Source: Yuukianura sp. NJ FZ-2021
Lineage: Eukaryota
Reading direction: 5' to 3'
Length of the DNA stretch: 64,000 nucleotides
Assembly (NCBI GenBank): GCA_046563655.1
Contig: CM102284.1
Location: 1,488,001-1,552,000 of the forward strand
Shown here: positions 49,552-63,165 of the stretch, one piece after another
How positions within the stretch are numbered: position 1 is the first letter of the stretch
Layout of the letters: every line of letters starts with the position of its first letter
Translations under genes and position numbers: made by a program
Notes under the pieces: model-generated
The model's input: the letters and a program-made list of their open reading frames with translations, nothing else
Database searches by the model: none
What the model was told of the DNA's origin: nothing

Positions 49552-50354
49552 TCAGTTTTGTTGATTTTTTTCTTGAGCATAGGCTTTGGTGACCCAGATG
49601 AGGTAGGCATCGTACACTAAAGCAGCAAGAAGGAATGCTAAGATGATGTATCTATCAGCAGAGAATACCATGGCAACAGCTCCAACTGCCAGTGATAGTC
49701 CTAGCAACCAGCATTTTGTCTTCCACCAAAGGTTACAATTTGGTCGGTTCCTCTGTATGAGAAAATTCACTTTTTCTCAAATTTTACTCCAAATTTTTAA
49801 AATTTTGCTTTTGAATGGTGAATGGGACAGAATAAAAAAAAGAACCTTACCGTAACAGCGAAAAAAGTCAGCGTCGAGTAAAGTGGAATTTCAAACAAGA
49901 AAACTCCGATCATAAATGCGGTGAGTCCAATCACCAAAGTACCTAAATATTAGACATAAAAAATCAAATTTTTCCATAGTTTTGTGAAGAAAATGTCGTA
50001 AAAAACACAAATGTTCGGGTAATTTTTAGTTAAAACAATCGGACAAATAATATACTCAACTGTTCAAATATAAAAATTCGATATAAATGTTGTAATTTTC
50101 CAAAACGTCAATGATGAGCTCCTTGTTTGTTATGTATATAAACAGAAATGGAGAAGTGACCAGGAGACAAGTAACTGCACGTAGCTACTCAAATACATAG
50201 CATAAATAAATATGTATAACACATTTAATTAACAAACCAGAATAACTTGCAAATAGCACATAAGCAAGAATTTGAAAAATTTTACTATCGACAGGATTCC
50301 CATGGCGACGGTTCCGTCCCGAAGAGAAAGGACTTGGCAACATGGATTTGCCAT
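49552..50354 (-). CDS. Small four-TM membrane protein (LAPTM/DUF4728-like), 4 exons
   Basis: 'MANPCCQVLSLRDGTVAMGILSI' N-terminus typical of this group; four exons splice in frame and give four hydrophobic helices. Confidence 0.65.
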
Positions 50355-52163
50355 TTTTCCAAAATGAGAAACACGATGGTTAACAATGTAAGATTTTGAA
50401 ATAAAAAATTCGTTGAAGCACACAAAATTTTTACACAAACTTTAAGTAACTTTCACGTTCAATACATTGGAATTTACTAAACGTAATTAACAAATGAACT
50501 CTCTACTTACTAAACAGTGAATACTTGACTTGTAAATAATTGTACATGCAACATCCACAACGTTGAATTGAAATTATGACCTTGAAATCGCCTTTGTTGC
50601 AACAAAATGAAAGCGAAAGTACACCTCCCTGCCTTGACTTCTTTGCAAAATCATTCACATCAAGCATCATTCATCAATCTCAACATCCAACAGAATACTG
50701 CTGTAAAGTAGTACTTTTGTTGTATTGGTAAAGTCAAAGTTTCTTTGACTAAGAGCATTCCGTTGCACGGAAAGCAGCGTACCTTAATGTTAAACGGGGT
50801 CCTATGCCATTGCTCCGAATGAATTGCTACAAATCCATTTTCTCCGAAAGCCAGATTCCTCCGAAAATAATTCTCTGTGTTAATCCAACCATACATAATG
50901 ACTTATAAACTATACCAAGCCTAATATTGTTAACTTCCTTACGATTTACAACCTAACCTTTAATTAATTTAAACAGAATAACGTTGAGTTGAATTAGTTT
51001 GATTTCATGGTAACCGGCCTTTCGGAGTAATTTATCTTTCTCAGCAATTGGTTTCGCTGTAAATCATTCGGAGCAATTCCTTTCGGAGGAGTTCATTCGA
51101 AATATCGGCCTGCTACATATCACAACACTCATATATTAATTTTTAGTTCCATCCGGAACTAGATCATTTTGTAACGTGAAGACAATGACGTCTGGGGACA
51201 ATCCATTTTTAAAAATACAATTTTATTCATGTCGAAAAGGAGCAAAAATGGAAACCTATTAATCTCTACGTTTCAAACCTATTTGTTGCAAGGCGTAATT
51301 TTATCCAATGTGGCTTTGAACGTCATGCGATAAATCATGAAATGCTGTAACTGCAAACATATGCCACTGTTGAACAGAAAAATACAAGAATCCCATAATT
51401 TGAAACTTTCCGTTTCAAATTTTTCCATTGAAACCGTTTTTAAAACACACGTTCATAAAAAAACATTTCGGAACAATAACAGGGAAAGTTAATTAAGTTT
51501 ACGAAAGTTTGGAAACATTTTTTGTTTTAAAAAAGTAGTTTAAAATTAGTTTAAACTTGGACCAGTTGAATGCTAACACAGTGATGGAATAAGTATTACA
51601 CATTAAGTGATTAAGGCTAATTAACACATATTCACATTTAATCTTCAAATCTTGGAGGCGTAGCAAATCAACGCACAAAGTTATCATTTCCTTCAAATTT
51701 TCTAAAAAATTATTCAAGAATACTAGTGCTTTCGATAGTACTTTCTGGAAATGGGAGTTACTTCATCGCCGCCCGCTCGCTCCAGATATTTGAATGAGTT
51801 TTGTAAGGTTTTCCCATTCTATTATCGTAGGGTCACAAACGTGTTTTGACAACAAATTTAGTTAACTTAAGTTAAAGTTAGACTTTATCATAAATACTGC
51901 CATCAAGATACATTTATTTAAGAATGATTTTTCTCATTTTTAGAACCTGAAAGTCACTTCAGACAAATTGTGAACAAAAACGAAGTTTTTCAGTTCAAAT
52001 CCAGAAAGCACCAGAATCCCGGTTAGAGTATTCGACGACAGAAGCTTGTGAAGCGGATTTTAGCTTTGCTGGATTTTCAAAATTTCAAATTTTAACCTTC
52101 GATAATCGACAAAATTTTTCATAAAACTAAACGCCCGCTGAGCAAATTCGAGTTTGCAAAATC

Positions 52164-53895
52164 ATGAATCTGGACAAAGGTAAAACCAAAATTGAAATAT
52201 TTTAACATTACTTTAGAGACTTGCTTTTGAAATTCTAAATATTTTGACTCAATAATATTTTGAAATGTACTTTTCGACAAAATTTGTTCAACACATATCA
52301 AATTTGTGCTCCAATTTTTTTTGAAAATATGACACATTAATTTGTTATAGGGAAACCAGTGAAGATGATTTCGGGCAGCGTTTGTGGCATGTTTCTTTGC
52401 CTCATCTCAAGTTTCATTCTTTCACTTGGAACTTTAATGGTGGCAAATATGAAAAATTTTCATCCAATTACAAAATCATTTTGGCGGTTTTTGTTTACTT
52501 TCATTCCCGCAATTTTTGTCACGCTCTACTACGTCGGAATTAAGCGAAAAAATGTTTTGGGCCTTCTTTGGCCTATTCATACCAAAGACGGGCTCAAAAT
52601 TCACACTTCTCTACTGGTATGAAAAAATTTCAAAAAAAATTCATTTCCACTAAAATTCTCTAAAACCAAAAAAAAAAACTAGTAGTTTTAAAAAAACTAA
52701 TTTCCAAAACTATTTTTTGGCTTACTTTTGCAAATATTTTGATTTTTTTTTTTCAGATGCGTAGCTTTTTCGGTTGTACTGCTGCAACCCTGCAGTACTA
52801 TTCGCTCAAGCACATTCCGCTTGGCGACTCTTCAGTAATTTGCAATTCCTATCCCGTTTTTGTTGCAATTTTAGCCCGCATATTCCTCGGTGAAGCTTTT
52901 GGCGTTTTTATGGGAATTTCAACCGTTGTAACACTCTGTGGCGTCGTCGTGGTTACGCAACCTCCGTTTCTAACAGGCGTGGAACTTGACATGAACCAAC
53001 TGGTGGGCACGCTTAAATCGGAAATTCTTTTCGAGACTTCTCAAATTTCGAAATTTGTTTTACATTTAATCATGGTATTATTTTAGATTGGAACGTGCCT
53101 AGCATTTAGCTGTTCCGTGTTCATGGCTGCTGCAATTGTAATGATTCGGCATTTGAAAAAAATCCATCACTCCGTGACTTTACTATTTTTCGGAGGTTAT
53201 GGCACTCTGGAAAGCTTTCTTCTTACTTTGGGTTTTGGAGTTCTTGAATTTCCCACTCTAGATATCGGAAATATCGAGATGTATATGGCCATTGCCATTG
53301 GGTTCCTCTCCTGCGCAAGTCAAATGTTTCTCATCTTTGCTCTCAAGTGTGACAATGCGGGTAAGAACTTAACCAAAAGAAAATTTTTAACCACGTCTAT
53401 GTAAATTTCACTTTAAAAGTTTATCTTAACTGGGGTGTACCTCAAGTACTGTTGGATACATCCTCGAAAAAAAAATTTTTTTTTGAATTTTTCTTGTAAC
53501 TAATTTTAGTTTTTCGAAATGTCGTTTTTTTGTGCAACAGGTCCTGTTTCACTGGTTAAGACGACTGATGTCCTATTTGCATTTATTTGGCAGTTTATAT
53601 TCTTTCACCAAAGTCCTTCAGCTTGGAGGTAAGATTATTCAAATTTTGGCGGAAAACCCAGGAAAACCCAACAAAAAAATTGTGAATTTGTAAATAATTG
53701 ATCTACTAAATTTATACAAATTATGCTAAATATTTATAAACTTATTCTAAACTTATTTTAAATTTATTTACTCGCAGTTTAATTGGTGGTCTGATTATGA
53801 TGACTGGTATTGGGATGGCTGGCGTACAAAGGTATCTCGATTCTCTGCCAGACTCACATTCTCATCGGAAGTTTCTTTGGTGCATTTTGAAGTGA
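52164..53895 (+). CDS. SLC35G1-like: SLC35G-like EamA/DMT transporter; exons approximately 52164-52179, 52351-52616, 52757-53002, 53087-53360, 53541-53628, 53778-53895
   Basis: 'RSFFGCTAATLQYYSLKHIPLGDSSVICNSYPVFVAILARIFLGE' and 'ALKCDNAGPVSLVKTTDVLFAFIWQ'; about 10 TM helices. Confidence 0.88.
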
Positions 53896-54597
53896 AAATT
53901 AACACAAAAATTTAACAAGTAATATAAATTGGTATCATTACAGTTTTAGTTACAGTTGTCGTTAAAAAGTCGCGTATCTAGTAAAAAAAAAAGGTTATTC
54001 GAAATTTCCGAAATTAAATAAATGTAATTTAACATTTGCAATACATTTTTAAGACTACATTGGCAATAGCTGCTCATCTGCTGGTTTTACTACCGGATTT
54101 TTTATTATTTAAATTTTCCCAAACTTAACCTTCAACATGTTTAACCACCAGGTTTGGCTCAAGGTCGCTAATACAAACTTATAAGTTGATTGAGATATGA
54201 TCAGCGTACTATTTTTTACTGGACTATTGGTTTTTCCGTTATACTTTTTTGCTGATTTGAGTAGGAAATTAAAAATTTCTCACACTAAGACGCTGAAAGA
54301 AGTTGTTGAAATGATCGTGTTTTGGCAATTAATATGGCTTTCTGGTAGGTTAAAATTCCCCTAAGCTGGATAGTAGAAATTTGTGTGTTCATTATAAAAT
54401 TGCGTACTACGCGTTCCCATTTGTGTGTTAATAAAATTGTGAGCTTCGTTGCTTGATTTTAGTATATAAGATTACGTTTTTGAATAAAAAACTGTCATAA
54501 CACAGACTGCGTGTGCTATAGAATCTCAATAACATTAACAAACATACACATTGCAAAAAATAAATAAAATTTGTACGTAGGTATGCAGTGCAATAAC

Positions 54598-56555
54598 ATG
54601 AAAAGTTACTCAATTTTATATAATGGAGGCGCAAATTTCAACTTGGTAAATGCTTGGGTTTTGATTTTCGTTACAGCAAGGTTTGTGCCAATTTGACTCA
54701 ACTTTTTTGCATCGCAATTTTTAACCACTTTGTTTCAAATTTGGCATTTGTTTCATTCCTTAGCTTTTTTTTTTGTCTTTTTCCAGCTTAGGAGCGGTAT
54801 ATACGGTAGAGAGTTCGTACGTATACAGATCATACCAAACATCCATTTACTGTAACGCATCAACCAAAATTCAAAAACCTCAAAATGTTCCAGCTCTTCT
54901 CAAAGTTGTTCAACATGCAATCCGAACTGCCCAGCGAATCAAAGTCATTGGATCTTTGTATTCCGCTACAGACATTATCTGTACCAATGGCATTCCGATT
55001 TCAATGGAAAATATCAAAAGTGCGCGTGTCAATTCCGATGGAACAGCAACATTTGGCGCTGGAATTAAACTGTTTGCAGCCATGGAATTTCTAGAAGCCA
55101 GACGCTTGTCTTTAATAACTGTTCCAACATATGGTAATCTCCCGGCATGCATTTGTTTGGACTTAATTTATTATTCATGAGCGGCAAATTTGAAATTGTG
55201 ACATTTTTAGGTGGAATTTCAATCGGTGGTGCCTTGGGAACGGGAGCTCATAGCTCATCACTTCGACATCCAACTTCGCTGTCAGACCAAGTCGTTGCCA
55301 TGACAGTAATAGCAGGCAATGGAACACTAATTAAAATTAGTGGCGATGACCTTGACTTTTTTCGAGTTCACTTGGGGCTTCTGGGGGTCGTTGTTGACGT
55401 AACCTTGAGAACCGTTCCTCTGTTCAAACTGACCGTCGACCATCAACACATAGACGACAGTGGTCTGTTCGACGGTTCGCTTGTTACTGCGGCTGCGCAG
55501 TACGACATCTTCCAGCTCTGGTGGTTCCCACACTCTAAGAACGTTGTCTTGGGAACAGGAACTTTCACTTCGACCAGTACGCCTGGACGTGCATTTTCAA
55601 ATTTTATATCAAACGGACACATGTTGACCTTTGCTACCGCTAATTTGGTTTTCGAATATTTTCAAAACCAGAGGAAGACACAGGCGCTCAACGCTATTGC
55701 AACCTACACAGAGTTGTCTTTACATTCAAGTGTTGTGGGGAAGCCGCCAACTTTTAGCGAAGACGGGCACCTCGTACTCAACCCTGCGACGGGCTACGCA
55801 TGGCGGATGCTTTCAAATACTTGCGACGACAACGTTAATTCGATTAGCTTAAACCGATGTGCTTGGAACGTCGGAAAGTATTCAGTATTTCCCGAACAGG
55901 GTGCAATGGCATTTGACATTTCGCAATTTACAAAAGTTGTGAAAATGATGCGAAATGTCATCAAGAGATACCCTGCAGCGTTTGTTCTCAATGGCATTTA
56001 CATCCGATTTTCGAAATCGTCATCCGCCAAAATGTCAATTGCGAGTGACAGACAGACGTTCACTGTAGAATGGTCAATGCCGATGAGGAAAGATCCGTTC
56101 AATTTTGCACGAGATGGACTTGGCACCATCCAAGCCTTATTACAAGAAATGGTAACGAATTCAAAATTTTGAAAAAACTAACACTTTTTTATTTCGATTT
56201 TCTTAATGTTGGATTTTAGGTAACCAACTATGGCGGTCGTCCACACTGGGGGAAAAATGGGCTGCATTATTTTTCCACTGGGGTTTTAGCCAAAGCAGTT
56301 TCAAATCGCCCAGTCTTTGTAAATGCCATGCGTAGATTTGACCCAGCGGGAATTTTTTTGAACAACTTTGGACACCGTTTGATTGGAGTTTCCGACGAGC
56401 AAGATCGAGATCCAAGAGTGACACATTGTGCACTTCAAGACTACTGCGTCTGTTCGCAGGACAATGACTGTGCATCTACGCAGAAATGCAGTGAAATAAA
56501 TGGGTTTCCGGTTTGTTTAGACGAAGGAAAAATTATAAAGACTTTCAGCAGCTAA
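54598..56555 (+). CDS. L-gulonolactone oxidase-like FAD oxidoreductase copy 1; exons 54598-54680, 54787-55133, 55211-56151, 56220-56555
   Basis: VAO-family FAD domain 'ISIGGALGTGAHSS', 'LGLLGVVVDVTL', C-terminal 'GGRPHWGKN' and 'DPAGIFLN', plus a Cys-rich tail. 1707 nt in frame. Confidence 0.88.
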
Positions 56556-57630
56556 CTGAAGAAAAGTCCTGCCAAAAAGGAAAACATAATTGAAAGAAAT
56601 TATGTTATTCCAGTGAATAGGGTGCGGTGTTTAATGAAAAAAAAATGATGTGCGATTTATTGTAATTTATTTTAATTTTTTGAAAAAAATTTCACCATGT
56701 TCACTCGAAAAGATTTTGTTGTATTTTGCTAGTCATAATACAAAAAACGTTGCTGGTTAGTCATGTTGAAATAATTTGGGAACAAGTACTAATAAAAGCA
56801 TATTTCGCAATTTTTAATACAACTTTACTACCATTTTTCCAGAAAAAAAATGTTTTTGTCGAAAAAAAGCCGTATAATTAAGTAGCGAAAGTAGTTATAG
56901 CCACTTTATGTTTATCCGCCTCTGTCTGTCCGTCGTCAGGATCCTCATTTGCTCAAGTGTTTTTAGCAGGTCTTCCATGGTGCTGCACATTGCTATGCAA
57001 AAATGTTCTAATTCATTGTCGATTGTCATTTTAAGCGTACACACACACCGGTGAAAGGAATTGTAGCAAAACATTAAAACCTGCACTTTGTCACGCGAAT
57101 TCAGTATCACTTGATCCCATAATTCCAGCTCCAATAACAACAACGTAGAAGTTTCGTAGCAGTTCATTCGTAGCATTACGCTTCGGACCAATGGCGTGCT
57201 ACCATTTTACTCATCGCCCAATGGAAACCAATGCTTCAACATTCATTTTTGGCCCAAAGATCGAAACTGTCCACTCTGTTGAAACACTCTGACGCCAAAA
57301 CAAGTTTTGGAAGTTATCTGCTTTCCAATCGTAGTGATTTTGGCAACTAATATTTCTTGCTTTCCGAATGTTAAAGTTCCCATAAGCAGGAGAGCGGAAA
57401 TTTTTGTGTTCATAATAAATTTATGTACTTCGTGTTTCCATTTGTGCACTAATAAGCGCACGCTTGACTGAGCAAAATTGTTTTTTTGTTTTGGTATATA
57501 ATATTGTAGTATTTCTGGATAGAAGCTAATGATAAAACCAACTGTGTGTCTAACAAAATCTCAACAACGAGAGTGTCAACAAAAACAAACAGAAACAAAA
57601 AGTGAACGAAACTATTGTTGTGCAATAAAT

Positions 57631-59574
57631 ATGGAAGAATATTCATCAGTTTTATGTATACGACACAAAAATTTCAAATTGGCCAATTTTTTGGTTTTGA
57701 TCTTCGTGATAGCAAGGTTTGTGTTTTGACTTAGGTTTATTTTTGCTATGAATTTTTTTTATACCCAATTTGTTTCAAATTTTGGGTTTGTTAATTTTTT
57801 TTAACTCTTTTTTTTGTTCTTTTTCTTATAGCTTGGGTACGACAAATAGGGTAGAGAGTTCGTACATATACAGATCTTACCAAACAACAATTTACTGTAA
57901 CGCTTCCACTAAAATTCAAAAACCACAAAATGTTCCCGCTCTTCTCAAGGTCGTTCGACATGCCATTGAAACTGCCCAACCAATCAAAGCCTTGGGATTT
58001 TTGCATTCAATTACTGACATCATCTGTACCAATGGCATTCCGATTTCAATGGAAAATATCAAAAGTGCGCGTGTCAATTCCGATGGAACAGCAACATTTG
58101 GTGCTGGAATTAAACTGTTTGCAGCCATGGAATTTCTAAAAGCCAGACGCTTGACTTTAATAACTGTTCCTACATATGGTAAGTTCGTGCATTTAGAATT
58201 AGCTTTATAATCTACGGGAAATTTAAAATTTTGACATTTTTAGGTGGAATTTCAATTGGTGGTGCCGTGGGAACAGGAGCTCATAGCTCATCACTTCGAC
58301 ATCCAACTTCACTGTCAGACCAAGTCGTTGCCATGACAGTAATCGCAGGCAATGGCACATTAATTGAAATCAGTGGCAATGACCTTGACTTTTTTCGAGT
58401 TCACTTGGGGCTTCTGGGGGTCGTTGTTGACGTAACCTTGAGAACCGTTCCTCTGTTCAAACTGACCGTCGACCATCAACACATAGACGACAGTGGTCTG
58501 TTCGACGGTTCGCTTGTTACTGCGGCTGCGCAGTACGACATCTTCCAGCTCTGGTGGTTCCCACACTCTAAGAACGTTGTCTTGGGAACAGGAACTTTCA
58601 CTTCGACCAGTACGCCTGGACGTGCATTTTCAAATTTTATATCAAACGGACACATGTTGACCTTTGCTACCGCTAATTTGGTTTTCGAATATTTTCAAAA
58701 CCAGAGGAAGACACAGGCGCTCAACGCTATTGCAACCTACACAGAGTTGTCTTTACATTCAAGTGTTGTGGGGAAGCCGCCAACTTTTAGCGAAGACGGG
58801 CACCTTGGACTCAACCCTGCGACGGGCTACGCATGGCGCATGCTCTCTAATACTTGCGACGACGACATTAACTCGGTAAGCTTAAATCGATGTGCTTGGA
58901 ACTTCGGAAAGGATTCACTGCTGCCTGAAGAAAGTTCAATGGCATTTGACATTTCACAATTTACGAAAGTTATGAAAATGATGCGAAATGTGATCAAGAG
59001 ATACCCAGCCTCGTTTGCTCTCAATGGAGTTTTCATCAGGTTTTCTAAATCGTCATCCGCCAAAATGTCAGTTGCAAATGGCAGACAGTCGTTCATTGTA
59101 GAATGGGCAACGCCCATGAGGAGAGATCCGTTCAATTTTGCTCGAGATGGAATTGAAACATTCCAAGTCTTATTGCAAGAAATGGTAAGTAGCACAAATT
59201 CTGAAGAAATTCAAAATTTCTGATTTTTTTAATGTTAGGTAACCAACTATGGCGGTCGTCCACACTGGGGGAAAAATGGGCTTCATTATTTTTCCGCTGG
59301 CGTTTTAGCCCAAACAGTTTCAAATCGCCCTCTCTTCATAAATGCCATGCGCAGATTTGATCCAGCGGGAATTTTTTTGAACAATTTTGGACGCCGTTTG
59401 ATTGGAGTTTCCGACGAGCAAGATCGAGATCCGAGAGTGACACATTGTGCACTTCAAGACTACTGCGTCTGTTCGCAGGACAATGACTGCGCATCTAGAC
59501 AGGAATGCAGTCAAATAAATGGGTTTCCGGTTTGTTTAGACGAAGGAAAAATTAAAAAGACTTTCAGCAGCTAA
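57631..59574 (+). CDS. L-gulonolactone oxidase-like copy 2; exons 57631-57716, 57832-58178, 58244-59184, 59239-59574
   Basis: Recent tandem duplicate of copy 1; retains 'GFLHS' at the covalent-FAD His position; 1710 nt in frame. Confidence 0.88.
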
Positions 59575-59914
59575 CTGAAGAAAAGTCCATGTCCTGCCAA
59601 AAGGAAAAACTTAATTGAAAGAAATTATGTCATTCCAGTGAATTGGGTGCGGTGTTTCATGAAAAAAATTATGTACAATTTATTGTAATTTATTTCAATT
59701 TTTGAAAAAATTTTCAGCATGTTCACTCGAAAAGATTTTGTTGTATTTTGCTAGTCATAATACAAAAACGTTCCTGGTTAGTCATGTTGAAATAATTTGG
59801 GAACAAGTACTAATAAAAGCATAATTCGCAATTTTTGATACAACTTTACTACCATTTTTCCAAAAAAAAAAAAAAAAAGTTTTTGTCGAAAAAAAAGCCG
59901 TATAAATTAAGTAG

Positions 59915-60515
59915 TATGAGGGATGACAGACAAGGATATCCGATCCTTGCCTGCCCTCAAATAAATGAACAAACAGACACCGATACCAAACGATTTGTGT
60001 GCTACGATTTATTTATAAATCGTAGCCATAACTCTAAACAGAAAATGAGCCCACTCCGGGCTAAACCAAACAATAATGGGCCTTAAGGGCCTAAACCAAA
60101 AGTACCGGGGGAAAGGAGGGGAACAAGCCACTACCTGGCCTTTGACCACTAACTGGCCATGGCCACTAACTGGCCGAAACCACTACCTGGCCTCAAGGAG
60201 ACGTAGAGTGTCCAGTGACCTTACGTGACCCTTGGTCAGGCGGAAGATAGTTGTGGTGACGATGGCGGCGTGGCAGGAGAGAGGAGATGTTGCTGCTGCG
60301 GCTGCTGCATCCGGAGTCGGAATTGAAGTACGTGGCTCGTGCCACTTCTTCCTCTGCTTCTGCTTCTTCTCCAATTTGAACTGTGGGAGGCGGGAAGCGG
60401 GGAAACACTTATGGGCATTGCCCTACTTATATTTTTAATTGTTTTTAACTATTTTATATTTTTAACTTAGCTTATGTTTTTAATTAGTTAACTATTTGAG
60501 GATCATATCCTCACA
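59915..60515 (-). mobile_element. Solo LTR-like insertion (601 bp) with 4-bp target-site duplication GTAG
   Basis: The empty site is preserved in the duplicated unit (aattaAGTAGcgaaag, ~56876-56891). The filled site reads GTAG|TATGAGGGAT...ATATCCTCACA|GTAG. Minus strand starts TGTGAGG, has imperfect terminal inverted repeats, AATAAA near its 3' end and internal CCACTA(A/C)CTGGCC repeats. Confidence 0.8.
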
Positions 60516-61133
60516 GTAGCGAAAGTAGTTATAGTCACTTTGTGTTTTATCCGCATCTGTGTGTCCGTCGTCAGGACACTCAATTGCTCAAGTGTTTTTA
60601 GCAGGCCTTAAATGGTGCTGCACATTGTTATGCAAAAATTCTCAAATTTGTTGTCGATTGTCATTTTAAGCGTTAAGTCACTGGTGTGAAAGCAATTGTA
60701 GCAAAACATTAAAACTTGCATTTTGCCACGCGTAGTCGGCATCGATGCTGACTCCCTTCGCGCAACAACATTCTGCTGGCAGAAAGGAGTACGTTTTTCC
60801 CACGACTAAAAATGGGTCCATTTTCCTTAACATTTCCATATTCATTTAACTCTGTGTGAAATTTTGAATAAATCAAGCATTAATCAATTAATTAATTAAT
60901 TAATTAATTATATATTGTTATTATATTCCTAGATATATTGTTGCCTCTATTGTGTCGATGGTATCTAAAAGTTCCAGTGGACTTGTTTCTTTAACATGGG
61001 CCAATAGATGAATTCTTAGTTGTCGATGTAATCTTAATTAACGTGAGACACGTGGAAATTTTGATATAAACTGGACTTCAAACTTGTATAAATGTGAGTG
61101 GTGTATGTATTACTCCATTTTCAAAACTTGAAA

Positions 61134-63165
61134 ATGAGTTTCGGGAAATACTTTTTTCAAAACAAGTTCAAATTCTTAGCAGTTTTGGTGGCATGGCTTT
61201 GGTTTGTCTGGTACATACTAAAATTATTTTTTTTTTGCTTTCCGGCTGAATCTAATTTTTTAAAAATCATTTTTGAAAAGAAGCTTCTGTACTTTAGGAC
61301 GCCAAGGGTAGTAGACGATCCGTATGTTTATCGAACGCACCAAAATCGAACTCCGGTGTACTGTAAGGCGGCGACTGAAATTCAAAAACCCACAAATGTG
61401 GCGGAACTTTTGAAAATTGTCCGCAGAGCAATCAGAAATGGACAGACAGTGAAAGCCTTTGGAGCGCGCCTTTCTTACACCGATGTGATTTGTACCAATG
61501 GAATTCCAATTTGCATGGAAAGAATCAAACATGCCCAAATTTACGAAAATGGTACAGCACGATTTGGAGCGGGAATTACAGTCGAGGCGGCGTTGGAATT
61601 CCTTCAATCACATAATAGATCACTTATCACGGTTCCCGCCTATGGTGAAATTTTTGAAAACTTAAAATCTTTTAAACCTCGAATTTCAAAATTTGAGCAT
61701 AAGGAAAAACCTAACGTATACCGCAACCCAACTCATTTTTGTCTAATTAATTTTGTCGATTTTTTTTTTTAAATTTTAGCGGGAGTTACACTCGGTGGTG
61801 CAGCTGGAACAGGAGCTCACGCTTCGTCCTTGAGTCACCCTGCATCAATTTCTGACCAAATAGTTGCCATGACGATAATCAATGGAAATGGCTCCATAAT
61901 TCACATAAGTGGACCTGACCTTGACCTCTTCCGTGTCCACTTAGGACTTTTGGGGGTCATTGTTGACATGACCTTGAAAACTGTCCCACTTTTCAAAATG
62001 ACAGTATTTCATCAACTGATGGACGAGTCACTGCTGCTAGACGGAAGTGTTGCAAAAATGGCGCCAAATTTCGACTCGTTTCAGATTTGGTGGTTTCCCA
62101 GTTCTGGCAAAATTGTACTCGGAACCGGGAATTACACGAGTTGTGACACCCCCGGAGAAGCAGTTTCAAATTTTATACCAAACATGCACACTCTCGCAAT
62201 TGCTGCCGGCAGCATAGTGCTGGAATTCTCGCAAATACTGGCAAGTACCAGTCTGATACGCAGTATTGAAAAGTTGACTGAACTTTTATTACATTCGGAC
62301 GCATTCGGCAAACCGCCGATTTATTCCGAAGATGGACATCATATCACAAATCCCGCAACGGGATATGCTTGGAAGCTGCAGTCGAGTTTGTGTAGAAGCG
62401 ACGGCTGGTATAGATGTCCTTGGTTGAATGGTGATTGGTCACTAGGTCCCGAAGAGAGTTCAATGGCCTTTGACCTTTCGGAGTTTAGTGGAGTCATGAA
62501 CATGATGTACAGAGTGGTTCAGCAGAATCCATCCTTGTTTCCAGCAATTGGAGTTTACATTAGATTTGCAAAGGCCTCTCCGGCAACAATGGCAATTTCG
62601 GCGGGAAGGCCTACTTTCAGCGTCGAGTGGGCTGCGCCCATGCGCCTTGATTCGTTCAATTCTGCCCGCCATGGACTTGGCCCACAGCAGGCAATTCTGC
62701 AGGAAATGGTAAATTTTGGCAACAAATTTATAATGCTTTAACAAATCGATTTTTTTTAATTTTCAAAACGCCTTAAACCTGTAGGTGGACAACTTTGGCG
62801 GGCGACCGCATTGGGGTAAAAATGGGCAGCATTATTTTTCGGACCAAGTTTTAAGCCGAACAGTTCCGAATAGAAACGAATTCGTTCGTGCTATGCAGAA
62901 GTACGATCCAAATGGTTTGTTTTTGAATACTTTTGGAAGGCGCATGCTCGGTGTAGATGACAAACAAGATCGGGATCCCAGAGTAACTCGCTGTGCATTA
63001 CAAGATCATTGCATCTGTGCACATGATAATGACTGTGGGAGGTTCCAAAAGTGCGGCAAAATCAACCAATTTCAAGTATGTTTGGACTTAGATTGGCAGG
63101 ATTTGGCAAGTGACTTAAAAAATTCTGCACAACGTGTGTTACGACAGGTAATCAGCATTCTATAA
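61134..63165 (+). CDS. L-gulonolactone oxidase-like copy 3; exons 61134-61201, 61298-61644, 61780-62708, 62785-63165
   Basis: More diverged paralogue with the same intron positions, HWGK motif and Cys-rich tail. Confidence 0.88.

Noticed and set aside
51751-51802. Possible upstream coding exon for the SLC35G-like gene (MGVTSSPP...)
   Set aside because: Splicing to the next obvious acceptor (~51944) creates an immediate TAA; the ATG at 52164 gives a clean in-frame model.
60183-60438. Several overlapping short GC-rich ORFs
   Set aside because: They lie inside the solo LTR, are low-complexity and show no recognisable domain.
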